Assembly: GCA_016342715.1 (NCBI GenBank)
Contig: JAEINW010000002.1
Location: 740-64,739, forward strand
DNA from: Salinivirgaceae bacterium
Lineage (GTDB): Bacteria; Bacteroidota; Bacteroidia; Bacteroidales; SZUA-534
Direction: 5' to 3'
DNA: 64,000 bases
Both the position numbers and the translations under genes were made by a program. This document shows positions 33,533 to 44,207 of this stretch, one piece after another. Under the pieces are notes generated by a model, which had not been told where the DNA came from, searched no databases, and saw only the letters and a list, made by a program, of their open reading frames with translations. Within the stretch, counting starts at the first letter, position 1. Every line of letters begins with the position of its first letter.

Positions 33533-34912
33533 CTAAAATTTAGGTTTTACATTTTTAGTGTCAAATTTATTTCTATTAGTATTTACAACAACACTTTTGC
33601 TTGCACCTAATGTTAAATATGCTTCAAAAAGATCAGTTGATAAATAACCATTAGCAGCACACCATCCAGCCCAACTTGTTCCAGCCTGAATTAAATCATA
33701 CTTAATAACAAATGTTGGATCAGAACATAAATTATCGAAAGTACCAGTTCCACTAATTGAATATGGATCTTGTTCTGCACCGTCATAAAACGTAATCATA
33801 TACTCTTGTTCTGGAATAGTTAAAGTTCCATTTTCCCAGTCTACAATCATATTTACATAACTTGTATCAATAATCTCTTCACCCCAAAAATTAGTCATCC
33901 AACCAAAACCTATTCCAATAATTTGAAGTGTTTCACTTTCCATTCTGGTATAAACTTCATTTGTGACATAATTATGATAACCTGATTCATCATCAATATC
34001 AATACCAGCCCAATTACCAATAAGTAGATCTTCTCTATCACTTGGTTTAACATTTGTTACTTCTTTTACAAAAGTATATACATCACCAGCTTTGTTAACT
34101 TCCAACATATAAGATCTATACAAACTACAACTCTTGCTATTTGTCATAAGAGCAGGGAAATCAAACATTTCACCAAAAATAACACCACTTTGATTAATTT
34201 CAATAGCAGCATCGATAGTTATTGCCGCATTAAAATCACCTGCATTTATTGTAGAAAAAATATCTGCAGCTAATAAATAGTCACCATCATCTAAACTATC
34301 CATTCTTCCATAAGATTCGAATCCGCTACCATCAAGCGCTACAATTATTGAGCTATCAGCAGGATCAACCACAAGGAATCTCATATCAACCACATCCGTT
34401 GCATCAAGATCAATTCCAACAACATCATAAACATTAGTTTCCCATGAAAAATCAATTGCAATCAAAGATGATGTTGCATTCTTAATAGTTACCGTAAAAG
34501 TAACAGGAGTGAAATTTGCATTTGCTGTTTCAGCATCCCCAACTTGAAGTGTAAAACTTTCAGGTGCTTCAAAAATGTCATCTGCTTTAATTTCAACAAT
34601 ATCAGTAGCACTTAATGAACCTGCCTGAATTGTAATTGAACTCGGATATGAAAAATCAGCAGAAGTTGCATCACCAGCAGTTTGAGTAATGTTTAATTTA
34701 ACATTTACCAATTGAACAGCATTTAATGTTGCTGTTATTGTATATTTAGCATCAGCCTCAGTAATACTACTTGTTGGCAAATCTGATGTTACAGTAACTG
34801 TAACATCTTTAGGATTCAGAGTGCTATCATCTGTAAAGTCTTCATTGCAAGCAATAAAACCAAAAGCAAAAAACAGCACTGGAATTATGTTATATTTTAT
34901 TATTCTTTTCAT
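33533..34912 (-). CDS. PUL-associated lipoprotein with an N-terminal Calx-beta-like domain
   Basis: Lipobox 'FGFIAC'. 'TITATLNAVQLVNVKLNITQTAGDATSADFSYPSSITIQAGSLS..IKADDIFEAPESFTLQVGD' resembles Calx-beta. Confidence 0.6.
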   Translation of the reverse strand: MKRIIKYNIIPVLFFAFGFIACNEDFTDDSTLNPKDVTVTVTSDLPTSSITEADAKYTITATLNAVQLVNVKLNITQTAGDATSADFSYPSSITIQAGSLSATDIVEIKADDIFEAPESFTLQVGDAETANANFTPVTFTVTIKNATSSLIAIDFSWETNVYDVVGIDLDATDVVDMRFLVVDPADSSIIVALDGSGFESYGRMDSLDDGDYLLAADIFSTINAGDFNAAITIDAAIEINQSGVIFGEMFDFPALMTNSKSCSLYRSYMLEVNKAGDVYTFVKEVTNVKPSDREDLLIGNWAGIDIDDESGYHNYVTNEVYTRMESETLQIIGIGFGWMTNFWGEEIIDTSYVNMIVDWENGTLTIPEQEYMITFYDGAEQDPYSISGTGTFDNLCSDPTFVIKYDLIQAGTSWAGWCAANGYLSTDLFEAYLTLGASKSVVVNTNRNKFDTKNVKPKF

Positions 34913-34937
34913 TCTAAATATATTTTAAAGTTTACAT

Positions 34938-35954
34938 TTATTGTCTTACCAATGTATGTATAAATTCACGAGGCCCTGATGCACCCATATATGCAAAACA
35001 GATTTTAATTTGATCTTTTCCATCATCTGCAGCTATTGCTATATTATATGTATCACATGGTAAATGAGGTACTACTTGACCATTTTCACAGGTTCCAATA
35101 GTAAGACCGTTTAACAGTAATACTTCACCTTTCCATTCATCAAGAACAGTTACGTGATAATCCCCATCAATTTGGAAATATAATGTTTGAATATCCCACC
35201 AATCTTTCCAAACATAAGTTTTAGCATCAACAGATTCAATATAAACTGTTTCACCTAAAATATAATCAGTTTGATATTCCACAGGATAATAATCAGGATG
35301 CCAGTAAATACCTTCTGCAACAATATAGGTACCGGCAAATCGAGTAGCCACTGCAACTTTTGTAGCTTTATTTAGCTCAGTTACTCTTCCATCAACAGTT
35401 GATTTATATACAAGGCTCCAATAATCACCAATAGTTAAGTCTCCATCACTTGTAGGAAGTACTTGACCAACATCATAAGCAGTGTAACCTTTTTTATACA
35501 CATAGTCATTTTCAGTAACAAAAGTCAACTCTTCTGACTTCATGGTTAAGCCATCACGGATTTCATTAAATGTAAAGTCAAAATTTATAATAACATTTTC
35601 CGACTCATTTAAATTAAACGTTTGAAACAAAACACTATTTGATGTTAATATAGCGTCAACAATTGAAGTATCGTAAACTGTTGTGTCTTCTTTTACAACT
35701 GTTTCAATTAAGGTGTCTTTCCTTACTGTATAAAAAGTTTTATAAACCTCAACTTTAGTTATCTTTTCCTCACCACTGTACACTCTAATTGAACTAGTAT
35801 AAGGACCAGTATTGCCAACTACATAGGAAATTGAAGGATTTTTGAGCTCAATTAACCCCCCTTCAGTAACCTGTATCTCTAATTCACTTTTATCACATGA
35901 TTGAAAAACCATAAGTGAAAAAGCAAAAATTGTTAATATATATATTATTCTCAT
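34938..35954 (-). CDS. PUL-associated hypothetical lipoprotein
   Basis: Lipobox 'VFQSC' after 'MRIIYILTIFAFSLM'. The ATG at 35954 is preferred because it avoids overlap with susD. Confidence 0.6.
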   Translation of the reverse strand: MRIIYILTIFAFSLMVFQSCDKSELEIQVTEGGLIELKNPSISYVVGNTGPYTSSIRVYSGEEKITKVEVYKTFYTVRKDTLIETVVKEDTTVYDTSIVDAILTSNSVLFQTFNLNESENVIINFDFTFNEIRDGLTMKSEELTFVTENDYVYKKGYTAYDVGQVLPTSDGDLTIGDYWSLVYKSTVDGRVTELNKATKVAVATRFAGTYIVAEGIYWHPDYYPVEYQTDYILGETVYIESVDAKTYVWKDWWDIQTLYFQIDGDYHVTVLDEWKGEVLLLNGLTIGTCENGQVVPHLPCDTYNIAIAADDGKDQIKICFAYMGASGPREFIHTLVRQ

Positions 35955-35968
35955 AACTTTTATTTTTT

Positions 35969-37420
35969 TTATTTCAACCACCAAATTTTTGTTATGAACT
36001 CATCAGGTCCTTGAGCAGCAACCGCAGCTTTATAATTGACTCCATTTACCGATGATTCAACCGACTCATACTTAAGTCTGCTTGGAATTTCAGAAACACC
36101 ATCCAAAGGATCAACTGCCATAGTGAGTTCAGGATAACCAGTTCTGCGCCATTCTGTCCATGCTTCAAACCCTTGACAGAAAAGAATAATCCATTTTTGT
36201 TGACCAATTTTTTTAAGAGCTTCAGCAGCAGTATATGCTACTCTAGTGTCGGCCATGTAGGCTGCATAATCAGAAACACCATTTTCTGTCATAGAATTCA
36301 CAATAGCAGCTTCATATTTTGCTTGTGCAGTAGCGTCACCACCAGAAATATAGCCTTCTTTTGCAGCTTCAGCTTGCAATAATAACAATTCAGTATAGGA
36401 TACTAAATATGCAGGAGCTGTTGCTTCAAGATATAATGCACCAATACCAGACACATCTGCTGTATTAAAATTATCTAAAGGAATTTGCTCATATCCATTT
36501 GGTTTACCAACGTATACATCAGTTTCACCTTCAATTGGTTCAGCCATTATTGGTAATCTAGGATCAGAAAAATCTAACATATGATTAACAAAAGTTGCTG
36601 ACAATTTGTGTTCGTCTCTACCTTGGTCAACTATTGTTTCAAATAATGGATTTGCTTCAGGAGAAGCTGATGTATAAACTAATTTTGCTTCGTCAGTATT
36701 TGAAGAAAATAACATTTTACTATCAACTAATGCTTGCAATTCTGAATGATCAGTCATTTTGGAGGAAATTCTCATTAATGCTCTAAATTTCAAAGAATGC
36801 GCAAATTTATTCCATTTTGCAGCATCACCACCATATAGTATGTCCATGTTTGGATCAATTGTTCCTGATCCTGCTAACTGAGGCATAGCAGCATCTAACA
36901 TTGCTAAAACACCATTGTAAACATTTTCTTGTGAATCATACGTTGGAGTAAAATTACCAGCAGAGGCTCCAGTTAAAGCTTCTGAAAATGGAACGTCACC
37001 ATAAAGATCCGTTAACATCAAAAAACAATAGGCTTTTATAACTTTAGCAACCCCTTGATTTACCGTATTACCTTCAACAACAGCCAATTCTTCCATTTGA
37101 TTTGCCTGTGAAGCAGCATAATACAATTGATTCCAAACACCGTCCAATGAAGTTACACGTGGACGATATCTATCTGGATTATTATAATCGGTTAAAGCAT
37201 TATGCTGAACCCAGTTCTCTCCTATTTCACTTCCATTAAATGTGGAATAAATAGTATTCATTGCTGCTCTCACAGCAGTTCCTATTAACATGGACGAAGG
37301 AACAAATGTAGGATTATCTCCAGTCTTATTTATTTCCTCAAAGTCCTTGTCGCAACTATTAAAAAATCCGGTTGTGACAATTGCTAGAAATATTATTAAT
37401 ATTTTTTTCATTGTATACAC
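35969..37420 (-). CDS. susD: SusD/RagB-family nutrient-binding outer-membrane lipoprotein
   Basis: Lipobox 'GFFNSC'. It lies directly downstream of susC. TPR-like helical sequence with a C-terminal 'QQKWIILFCQGFEAWTEWRRTGYP' typical of SusD-like proteins. Confidence 0.85.
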   Translation of the reverse strand: MYTMKKILIIFLAIVTTGFFNSCDKDFEEINKTGDNPTFVPSSMLIGTAVRAAMNTIYSTFNGSEIGENWVQHNALTDYNNPDRYRPRVTSLDGVWNQLYYAASQANQMEELAVVEGNTVNQGVAKVIKAYCFLMLTDLYGDVPFSEALTGASAGNFTPTYDSQENVYNGVLAMLDAAMPQLAGSGTIDPNMDILYGGDAAKWNKFAHSLKFRALMRISSKMTDHSELQALVDSKMLFSSNTDEAKLVYTSASPEANPLFETIVDQGRDEHKLSATFVNHMLDFSDPRLPIMAEPIEGETDVYVGKPNGYEQIPLDNFNTADVSGIGALYLEATAPAYLVSYTELLLLQAEAAKEGYISGGDATAQAKYEAAIVNSMTENGVSDYAAYMADTRVAYTAAEALKKIGQQKWIILFCQGFEAWTEWRRTGYPELTMAVDPLDGVSEIPSRLKYESVESSVNGVNYKAAVAAQGPDEFITKIWWLK

Positions 37421-37423
37421 TAA

Positions 37424-40400
37424 TTAAAATTTCAAATTCAAACTAAATCCAATACTACGAGCTGAAGCCAGCTGACCAAACTCTTGTCCCTGTTCTGCAT
37501 TTTCACTACTAAAACCAGTTTCAGGATCAATGTGAGGAGCATTTCTAAAAAGAATAGCTACATTTCTTGCCACAACAGAAACGTTAAGGCCACTAATACC
37601 TGTTCCTTCAAACCATTGTTTAGGTAAATTATAACCTAAAGTAAGTTGACGAAGCTTCACATAAGAGGCATCAAAAACCGATGTTTCAACAATTCCATCT
37701 CCATAAGTAGTTTTGTTAAATGTTTCAGCTGGTACTACAACATCATTTTTAACATAAACAGGATCGCTATCAGTACCAATGTTTTTAACACCTTCACCAA
37801 CAACACCAGTTTCTCTACCATACATAGTCTCTTCTAAAATACCAGCATATTGTCCCCAAGCATTTGTCATTGAGTACACTTCACCACCAATTTTAGCATC
37901 AACTAAAGTAGTAAAAGAAAAGTTTTTATAATTAATACCAAGACTAACACCACCAGTCCAATCAGCATTAATATCACCTAATACTTCATTTTCACCTTGT
38001 TGTGGAAGACCATCTTTATAAACAACTTCTCCAGCATCGTTTCTAAGTAACGAAGTTCCAACAATTACCCCATAAGGATATCCTTCTCTGGCTTCAAGGG
38101 TCATGTTCCATTGTCCACCTAGGATAAGAGATTCTTCATCATTTTCATCGTCAGATCCTGCTTTAATAACTTCATTATTATTTCTAGCGAAGTTTACATC
38201 TAAATCAACAGAAAAATCTTGAGCTCTATTTTCATATACAGTGGCTCCCAAATGAAGTTCTACACCTTTATTACGCAATTCTCCAACATTATCCCAAACA
38301 CGCAAAACTCCTGAAGATCTTGAAACTTGAACTGGAAGAATCAAGTCGGTAGTTGTCATGTCATAAAGAGTAAGATCAAATCTCAATTTATTTTTGAACA
38401 TTTTCATCTCAATACCACCTTCAATACTATTGGTAGTTTGAGGTTTTATTTTACTATTCTTCAATGTTGTTGGGAATTGTCCAAATGTATTACCAGACCA
38501 TGGTAAAGCAGATAATTCATAAACTGGAATCACATCTCCTGCAATAAGTGGACCTGAACTACCTACTTTTGCCCAACCACCATTTACTTTTACATAATCT
38601 AAAAATGGCAAGTTTAAATCAACCATATCTGAAACAACAGCTGATAAGGTAACTGAAGGATAGAAGAATGAATTATTATCAACTGGCAATACCGAAGCCC
38701 AGTCATTTCTACCTGTTACATTTAAGAAAAGGTAATCTCTGAAAGAAACTTCACCAGTTCCATATAAACTATTAATTGCTTCTTCAAAATGGTCATTCTT
38801 GTTAAGAGGGGTTGTACCTGCTTTAACATTTAATAAATTAAATACTCCATCCAATTCCAATTGTATACCTGTAAAATTGGTTGTTCTGGTCATACGCATG
38901 CTGTTACCACCAAAATTGAAAGAAGTTTTGATATCTGATCCAAATTCTCTTTGTACAGACAACATAAAATTTGAATTAATTTCACTGAAGGTACGATGAC
39001 GCTCGTCATAATAACCATCAACTCCAGTTCTATTTCCACCATACAAAGCAGAAGTTGGAGCATCAGCTGCGGCTCCTTTAGCCAATTTAGCACTGGTAAG
39101 TGATTTGTATTCATCTATCGATATAGCACCACTTAAACTAATCCAATCGGTAAAGTCATAATTAAGACCAAGATTACCCATTACTCTATCCTTAGAAAAG
39201 GAGTTTGTGTTTGTGGCTAACTGCCAGTAGGGGTTGTTATGAAATCTAGTATTCCAGTTAATTGGAATACTTCCAGCACCATATGTTGATCCAGGAAGAG
39301 CCAAAGGTATATTTTCGTAGTCTTTTAAAGCTTCGAAATCAACCTGACGACCAGCCCAAATGGTTTGCTGAGTTACATTTGACCCATCATAACCTCCTGC
39401 TGGAATATTGTCACTCCAAGACTTAATATAATTCACATTAAAATTTGAACTGAATTTATCTGTAAAATCATGAGAACCTGAACCTGTTACTGAAGCTTTT
39501 TGAAAATCAGTAAATGGAATCATCCCTTTTTGATCTGTATAACCCATTCCAAGTCTGTAAGTAGTGTTCTCCGATCCACCAGACATTGAAACATCCGTTT
39601 TTGAAGTCACACCAGTTTCATAAAAGTTTTTCACATTATCAGGATGTGAAACCCATGGCTCTGGTTGTGGGTTATTAGGATTATTAATATATGAAGTAAA
39701 CTGCATAAATTCTAAGCCCTTATCAAGTGGAGGTCCCCAACTTTCGTCAACACCACCGCCAAGAGAAGTACCATTACCATAATCAAAAAAGTCTTTGTCT
39801 GGACCTTGTCCGTATGAATTTTGAAAATCAGGTAATGTTAAAGGTCTTTCAAAAGTTACACTAGTATTCAATTCAACACCAAGTGTTTTTCCTCTTTTCC
39901 CCGTTTTGGTAGTAATAACAACAACACCATTTGCAGCTCTAATACCATAAAGTGCAGAAGCATTTGGCCCTTTTAAAACATTCATCGATTCAATGTCATT
40001 TGGGTTAATATCTGCAATACCATTTGGAACATCAAATCCACCGCTTCCACCAGCAGTACCTTCATTCCTGTTCGACATTGGAATTCCATCAACAATAAAT
40101 AAGGGTTGATTATCTCCATAAATTGAACTAGATCCTCTTAGTATCATACGAGAAGAAGAACCCACAGCACCAGAGCTATTGGTAATTTGAACACCAGCTA
40201 TGCGTCCACTTAAAGAGTTAACCAAGTTTGCCTCTGGAGCCTTATTTAACTCTTCACCCTTAACTGTTTGTGTTGCATACCCAATAGATTTCTCTATTCT
40301 TTTAATACCCAATGCAGTTACCACAACTTCATCTACGCCTATAACTTCCGCTTCCATTACAACGTCAATTACATTTGTTGATCCAATAACTACCTCTTTT

Positions 40401-40642
40401 GTTTTCATTCCTACAAATGAGAATACTAGAGTTTGAGAATTTTCAGGAACTCCTAATGAGTACTTACCATCAATATTGGTAATTGTACCAACGGTTGTTC
40501 CTTTAACAGCGACAGATACACCAGGTATAGAAGTGCCATCCTCTGAGGAGGTAACTGTACCTGTAATCGTCCTTTGTTGCGCATTAACCATCTGTAAGCC
40601 AAGTATAACCAGACATACAAATAGCATGGTAAATTTCTTCAT
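37424..40642 (-). CDS. susC: SusC/RagA-family TonB-dependent outer-membrane transporter
   Basis: Signal peptide. CarboxypepD_reg-like 'ITGTVTSSEDGTSIPGVSVAVKGTTVGTITNIDGKYSL'. Plug 'ALGIKRIEKSIGYA'. TonB-dependent barrel ending in 'SIGFSLNLKF'. Confidence 0.9.
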   Translation of the reverse strand: MKKFTMLFVCLVILGLQMVNAQQRTITGTVTSSEDGTSIPGVSVAVKGTTVGTITNIDGKYSLGVPENSQTLVFSFVGMKTKEVVIGSTNVIDVVMEAEVIGVDEVVVTALGIKRIEKSIGYATQTVKGEELNKAPEANLVNSLSGRIAGVQITNSSGAVGSSSRMILRGSSSIYGDNQPLFIVDGIPMSNRNEGTAGGSGGFDVPNGIADINPNDIESMNVLKGPNASALYGIRAANGVVVITTKTGKRGKTLGVELNTSVTFERPLTLPDFQNSYGQGPDKDFFDYGNGTSLGGGVDESWGPPLDKGLEFMQFTSYINNPNNPQPEPWVSHPDNVKNFYETGVTSKTDVSMSGGSENTTYRLGMGYTDQKGMIPFTDFQKASVTGSGSHDFTDKFSSNFNVNYIKSWSDNIPAGGYDGSNVTQQTIWAGRQVDFEALKDYENIPLALPGSTYGAGSIPINWNTRFHNNPYWQLATNTNSFSKDRVMGNLGLNYDFTDWISLSGAISIDEYKSLTSAKLAKGAAADAPTSALYGGNRTGVDGYYDERHRTFSEINSNFMLSVQREFGSDIKTSFNFGGNSMRMTRTTNFTGIQLELDGVFNLLNVKAGTTPLNKNDHFEEAINSLYGTGEVSFRDYLFLNVTGRNDWASVLPVDNNSFFYPSVTLSAVVSDMVDLNLPFLDYVKVNGGWAKVGSSGPLIAGDVIPVYELSALPWSGNTFGQFPTTLKNSKIKPQTTNSIEGGIEMKMFKNKLRFDLTLYDMTTTDLILPVQVSRSSGVLRVWDNVGELRNKGVELHLGATVYENRAQDFSVDLDVNFARNNNEVIKAGSDDENDEESLILGGQWNMTLEAREGYPYGVIVGTSLLRNDAGEVVYKDGLPQQGENEVLGDINADWTGGVSLGINYKNFSFTTLVDAKIGGEVYSMTNAWGQYAGILEETMYGRETGVVGEGVKNIGTDSDPVYVKNDVVVPAETFNKTTYGDGIVETSVFDASYVKLRQLTLGYNLPKQWFEGTGISGLNVSVVARNVAILFRNAPHIDPETGFSSENAEQGQEFGQLASARSIGFSLNLKF

Positions 40643-40670
40643 AAATAAACAAATTTAAGTTAATAAATAG

Positions 40671-40696
40671 TTGTTAATTGTTGTTAATTGTTGTTA
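40671..40696. repeat. perfect 10-bp tandem repeat (TTGTTAATTG x2.6) 29 nt upstream of the susC start codon
   Basis: TTGTTAATTG TTGTTAATTG TTGTTA read directly from the sequence. Confidence 0.85.
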
Positions 40697-40922
40697 TGCA
40701 ACTACTAATTTGAGGAAAAAAATGGAAACTAACAAACTTTTGCACTACAATGCACAGTATTCATAAGGGTTAAACTATTTTTTTTTATTCTTTAATCACT
40801 AAATAACTATCAGTAAGCTATTAAAACAAGCTAGTTATAAACAAGTTGCAAACTATTGTAGAATTAAAGTGTTAAAGAGCATATGAGAGCAGGGTAGGGT
40901 AGGTAATGCCTTTTCTTAAAAT

Positions 40923-40957
40923 AAAGAAGGCTGCTCATTCAGAGCAGCCTTCTTTAT
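40923..40957 (-). terminator. rho-independent terminator after ftcD
   Basis: AAAGAAGGCTGCTC-ATTCA-GAGCAGCCTTCTTT, with T-rich flanks on both strands. Confidence 0.75.
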
Positions 40958-40978
40958 TAATAAAATTTATATTAAATA

Positions 40979-42673
40979 TTATATTTTACTTTCTACAATT
41001 TTTAATACTTCTTTTTCTATAATTTCGGCATTTTTCAGAAGGTTGTCCCCTTTTGAAATAATATCATTAGCGAATGATTTGTCTTCAATACCTGCCGCAT
41101 TAATCTTAACGTTTAAAAATGCGCCAACTACTCCAGCTTTTGCAGCAATTGCTCCTACGCCGGCATCGGTAACGGAATTTGGATTGCCTATTTCTGCCAT
41201 TGCTTTCATAACCTCCATGGCACCTAAGCATAACTCCATTGTTTTAAAGGGCACTTCGGTGGCATATATGGTGGCATCTTGAATCGCTTTTTTTCGAGTC
41301 GCTTTATCTTCATCCGTTTTCTTGGCTAAACTAAAAGCATCCATAATCTTATTAAAGGCATTGGTGTCTTCGTCTACCATTTTTAAAAGTTGTGTTTGGT
41401 AAGATTTTGCTTTCTCTGCCCAATCGCTAAATTCCTCCCAACGGCTGTCCCAACCACGTTTGTGCGACGATAAATTTGCAACCATGCCGCCTAAAGAAGC
41501 ACCCATTGCTCCCATATAGGCTGATATAGAACCACCACCAGGAGCAGGAGATTCTGATGCTGTTTCATCTGCAAATTCAACTAAATCCATATCAATAAGT
41601 CGCTTTTTGCCTTTATTATTCTCCTTTTCAAGAATATACTCAATTATCTTCTTTTCTGGTTCAAATGGGTATAATTCATCTAATCCTAAGGATTTAACAG
41701 CTATTTTAATTAGTTCTTTATCAGATACACCCGTTGATCGTTCTTGTTTGCGTAAAAAGTATTTTCCAGTTTCAAGCATGGCTTCTAACGGAACAACTCC
41801 TACCAATTCGGAACCTGACACTCTCATTCCTCGGGCTTGAGCTCGTTCACAAGCCGTGTCAAAAGCAACATGCAACGGGGTTACTTGAATATCGGTTAAA
41901 TTCATTGAAATTTGTGCAATTCCAAATTCCTCAATAAACCAACCAATAGCTTTTACTGATTTCAGTAATCCTGGTTCAATAACTGTGTTGCCATTTTTAT
42001 CAAGAACCGGCTTCATGCTTTGTGGATCTAATTTTGTTCGTCCGCGTTCTCTTAAATCAAAAGCCACCGCATTGGCTCTGCGAGTTGATGTAGTATTTAA
42101 ATTAACATTATAAGCAATTAAAAAATTTCTTGCTCCTACTGCGGTCACTCCTGTTTGAGCAACTTTTTGGCTAAATTCAGTGGGGCCAAAATCTGGTTTC
42201 CAATCGGGATTCGACAATTTATCGCTTAAACCTTCATATTCACCGCTGCGGCAAGTTGCAAGATTTTTACGTTTTTCTTCACGTGCTGCCGATTCATAGC
42301 AATAAATAGGAATATTTAATTCATTAGCTATTCTTTCGGCTAATTTATGTGCATACTTTACAGTTTCTTCCATGCTAATGTTAGCTACAGGAACCAACGG
42401 ACAAACATCAGTTGCTCCAAAACGTGGATGCGCTCCGGTATGCTTCCTCATATCAATCAATTCAGAAGCTTTTTTTATGGCTCTAAAAGCGGCTTCGCAA
42501 ACCTCCTCGGGAGAACCAACCATGGTAACAACCGTACGGTTCGTAGCTTTTCCTGGATCAACATCAATAAGTTTAACGCCATCAACAGCTTCAATTTCAG
42601 CTGTAATTTGATTTATTATATTCATATCGTTCCCTTCGCTAAAGTTGGGAACACATTCTATAAGTTTTTTCAT
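40979..42673 (-). CDS. ftcD: bifunctional glutamate formimidoyltransferase / formimidoyltetrahydrofolate cyclodeaminase
   Basis: N-terminal 'LIECVPNFSEG'. C-terminal cyclodeaminase 'SESPAPGGGSISAYMGAMGASL'. Confidence 0.9.
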   Translation of the reverse strand: MKKLIECVPNFSEGNDMNIINQITAEIEAVDGVKLIDVDPGKATNRTVVTMVGSPEEVCEAAFRAIKKASELIDMRKHTGAHPRFGATDVCPLVPVANISMEETVKYAHKLAERIANELNIPIYCYESAAREEKRKNLATCRSGEYEGLSDKLSNPDWKPDFGPTEFSQKVAQTGVTAVGARNFLIAYNVNLNTTSTRRANAVAFDLRERGRTKLDPQSMKPVLDKNGNTVIEPGLLKSVKAIGWFIEEFGIAQISMNLTDIQVTPLHVAFDTACERAQARGMRVSGSELVGVVPLEAMLETGKYFLRKQERSTGVSDKELIKIAVKSLGLDELYPFEPEKKIIEYILEKENNKGKKRLIDMDLVEFADETASESPAPGGGSISAYMGAMGASLGGMVANLSSHKRGWDSRWEEFSDWAEKAKSYQTQLLKMVDEDTNAFNKIMDAFSLAKKTDEDKATRKKAIQDATIYATEVPFKTMELCLGAMEVMKAMAEIGNPNSVTDAGVGAIAAKAGVVGAFLNVKINAAGIEDKSFANDIISKGDNLLKNAEIIEKEVLKIVESKI

Positions 42674-42797
42674 TTTAAGATATTTTATGTGATTATTTCA
42701 TTCCATTAGTAAGTAATAAAAAATCAAAAAACTATGGATATCGTTTTCTGAATGTTTTTCGCATACATATATTATTATATACAGTCATTTTTTAATC

Positions 42798-44042
42798 TTA
42801 AATAAATTCCCCTCTTAGCATTACTTTTTCAATCAAGTTGCTTGTGTAAGCATAAGGTATAAATTCATAATTGTCAATTTCAGTAGTCACATATAAATTA
42901 GCAACTTTTCCTCTACAAATTGAGCCATGCGTTTTTTCTATACCCATGGCATAGGCGGAGTTTATAGTAGTTGCATTTATAACTTCTTCGGGTGTCATTT
43001 TATAATTAATACATCCGAGCGACATAATAAATTTCATATTCCCTGAGGGCGATGAACCTGGATTGTAATCGGAAGCCAAAGCTATGGGAAGACCTGCATC
43101 CATCATTTTTCGTACCGGAGACAATGGCATATTCAAAAAGAAAGCTGCTCCTGGAAGTATTGTTGGCATTGTATTAGACTTTAACAGACTCTCGATTTCA
43201 GTATCGCCAACAAATTCTAAATGGTCCACTGATAAAGCATTGTATTTAACTCCCACTTGAATTCCACCCGAATAATCTAACTCATTAGCATGTATTTTTC
43301 CGGTCAAACCATGTTTTTCACCGGCCTTTAATATCCTATCGGTTTCGTCAACTGTAAAAAAGCCTTTATCGCAAAAAACATCAATATAATCTGCTAATTT
43401 TTCTTCAGCAACTTTGGGAATCATTTCATTTATTACCAAATCAACATATTCATATTGTCGGCCTTTGTAATTCGCCGGAACTGCATGTGCTCCTAAAAAA
43501 GTAGCTTTTATTTCGAGCGGAGTCGTTTCTTTTAGTTTTTTAATCACACGAAGCATTTTCAACTCATCTTCGGTTGAAAGGCCATAACCACTTTTTATTT
43601 CAACAGCACCCGTTCCAAAATTTGCAATTTCGCGAATTCTTTCCATTGCATTCTGATAAAGTTCTTCTTCAGAAGCAATATGAAGCCTATTCGATGAATT
43701 CAATATTCCGCCACCTCTCTTGGCTATTTCTTCGTACGATAAACCTTTAATTTTATCAACATACTCAATCTCGCGACTGCCTGAGTAAACCAAATGAGTG
43801 TGAGAATCGCAAAACGAAGGTAATATCATTCTACCGCTAACATCAACCTCAACAATAGTTTCATCTTCATTAAAATCTGGAATCTCGGTCATCGGACCAA
43901 AATCCTTTATAAATTCATCTTCAATCAACAAAAAAGCATTTTCAATGAATGAAAGATTTGCCATTTCTTTACCTGCAAGCCATTTTCTTGCATTGTCTTC
44001 AACTTGTATAAGCTTTTTTATATTAATAAATAGCGTTTTCAT
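42798..44042 (-). CDS. hutI: imidazolonepropionase
   Basis: 'FCDSHTHLVYSG', 'KIHANELD', 'ALASDYNPGSSP'. Confidence 0.9.
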   Translation of the reverse strand: MKTLFINIKKLIQVEDNARKWLAGKEMANLSFIENAFLLIEDEFIKDFGPMTEIPDFNEDETIVEVDVSGRMILPSFCDSHTHLVYSGSREIEYVDKIKGLSYEEIAKRGGGILNSSNRLHIASEEELYQNAMERIREIANFGTGAVEIKSGYGLSTEDELKMLRVIKKLKETTPLEIKATFLGAHAVPANYKGRQYEYVDLVINEMIPKVAEEKLADYIDVFCDKGFFTVDETDRILKAGEKHGLTGKIHANELDYSGGIQVGVKYNALSVDHLEFVGDTEIESLLKSNTMPTILPGAAFFLNMPLSPVRKMMDAGLPIALASDYNPGSSPSGNMKFIMSLGCINYKMTPEEVINATTINSAYAMGIEKTHGSICRGKVANLYVTTEIDNYEFIPYAYTSNLIEKVMLRGEFI

Positions 44043-44207
44043 TTGTCTAATTAAGTATAATTTAAAGGTTCGAAATTATGAAATTGCATTAAGAATCGTT
44101 TAATATTTAATGGTATTGTAAAGCATTATTAGCAATTATTAAATCGATTTTACCAAAATCTATTATCTTTATCTAATCATTGAACACAAACAACAACATT
44201 TCTGCTT

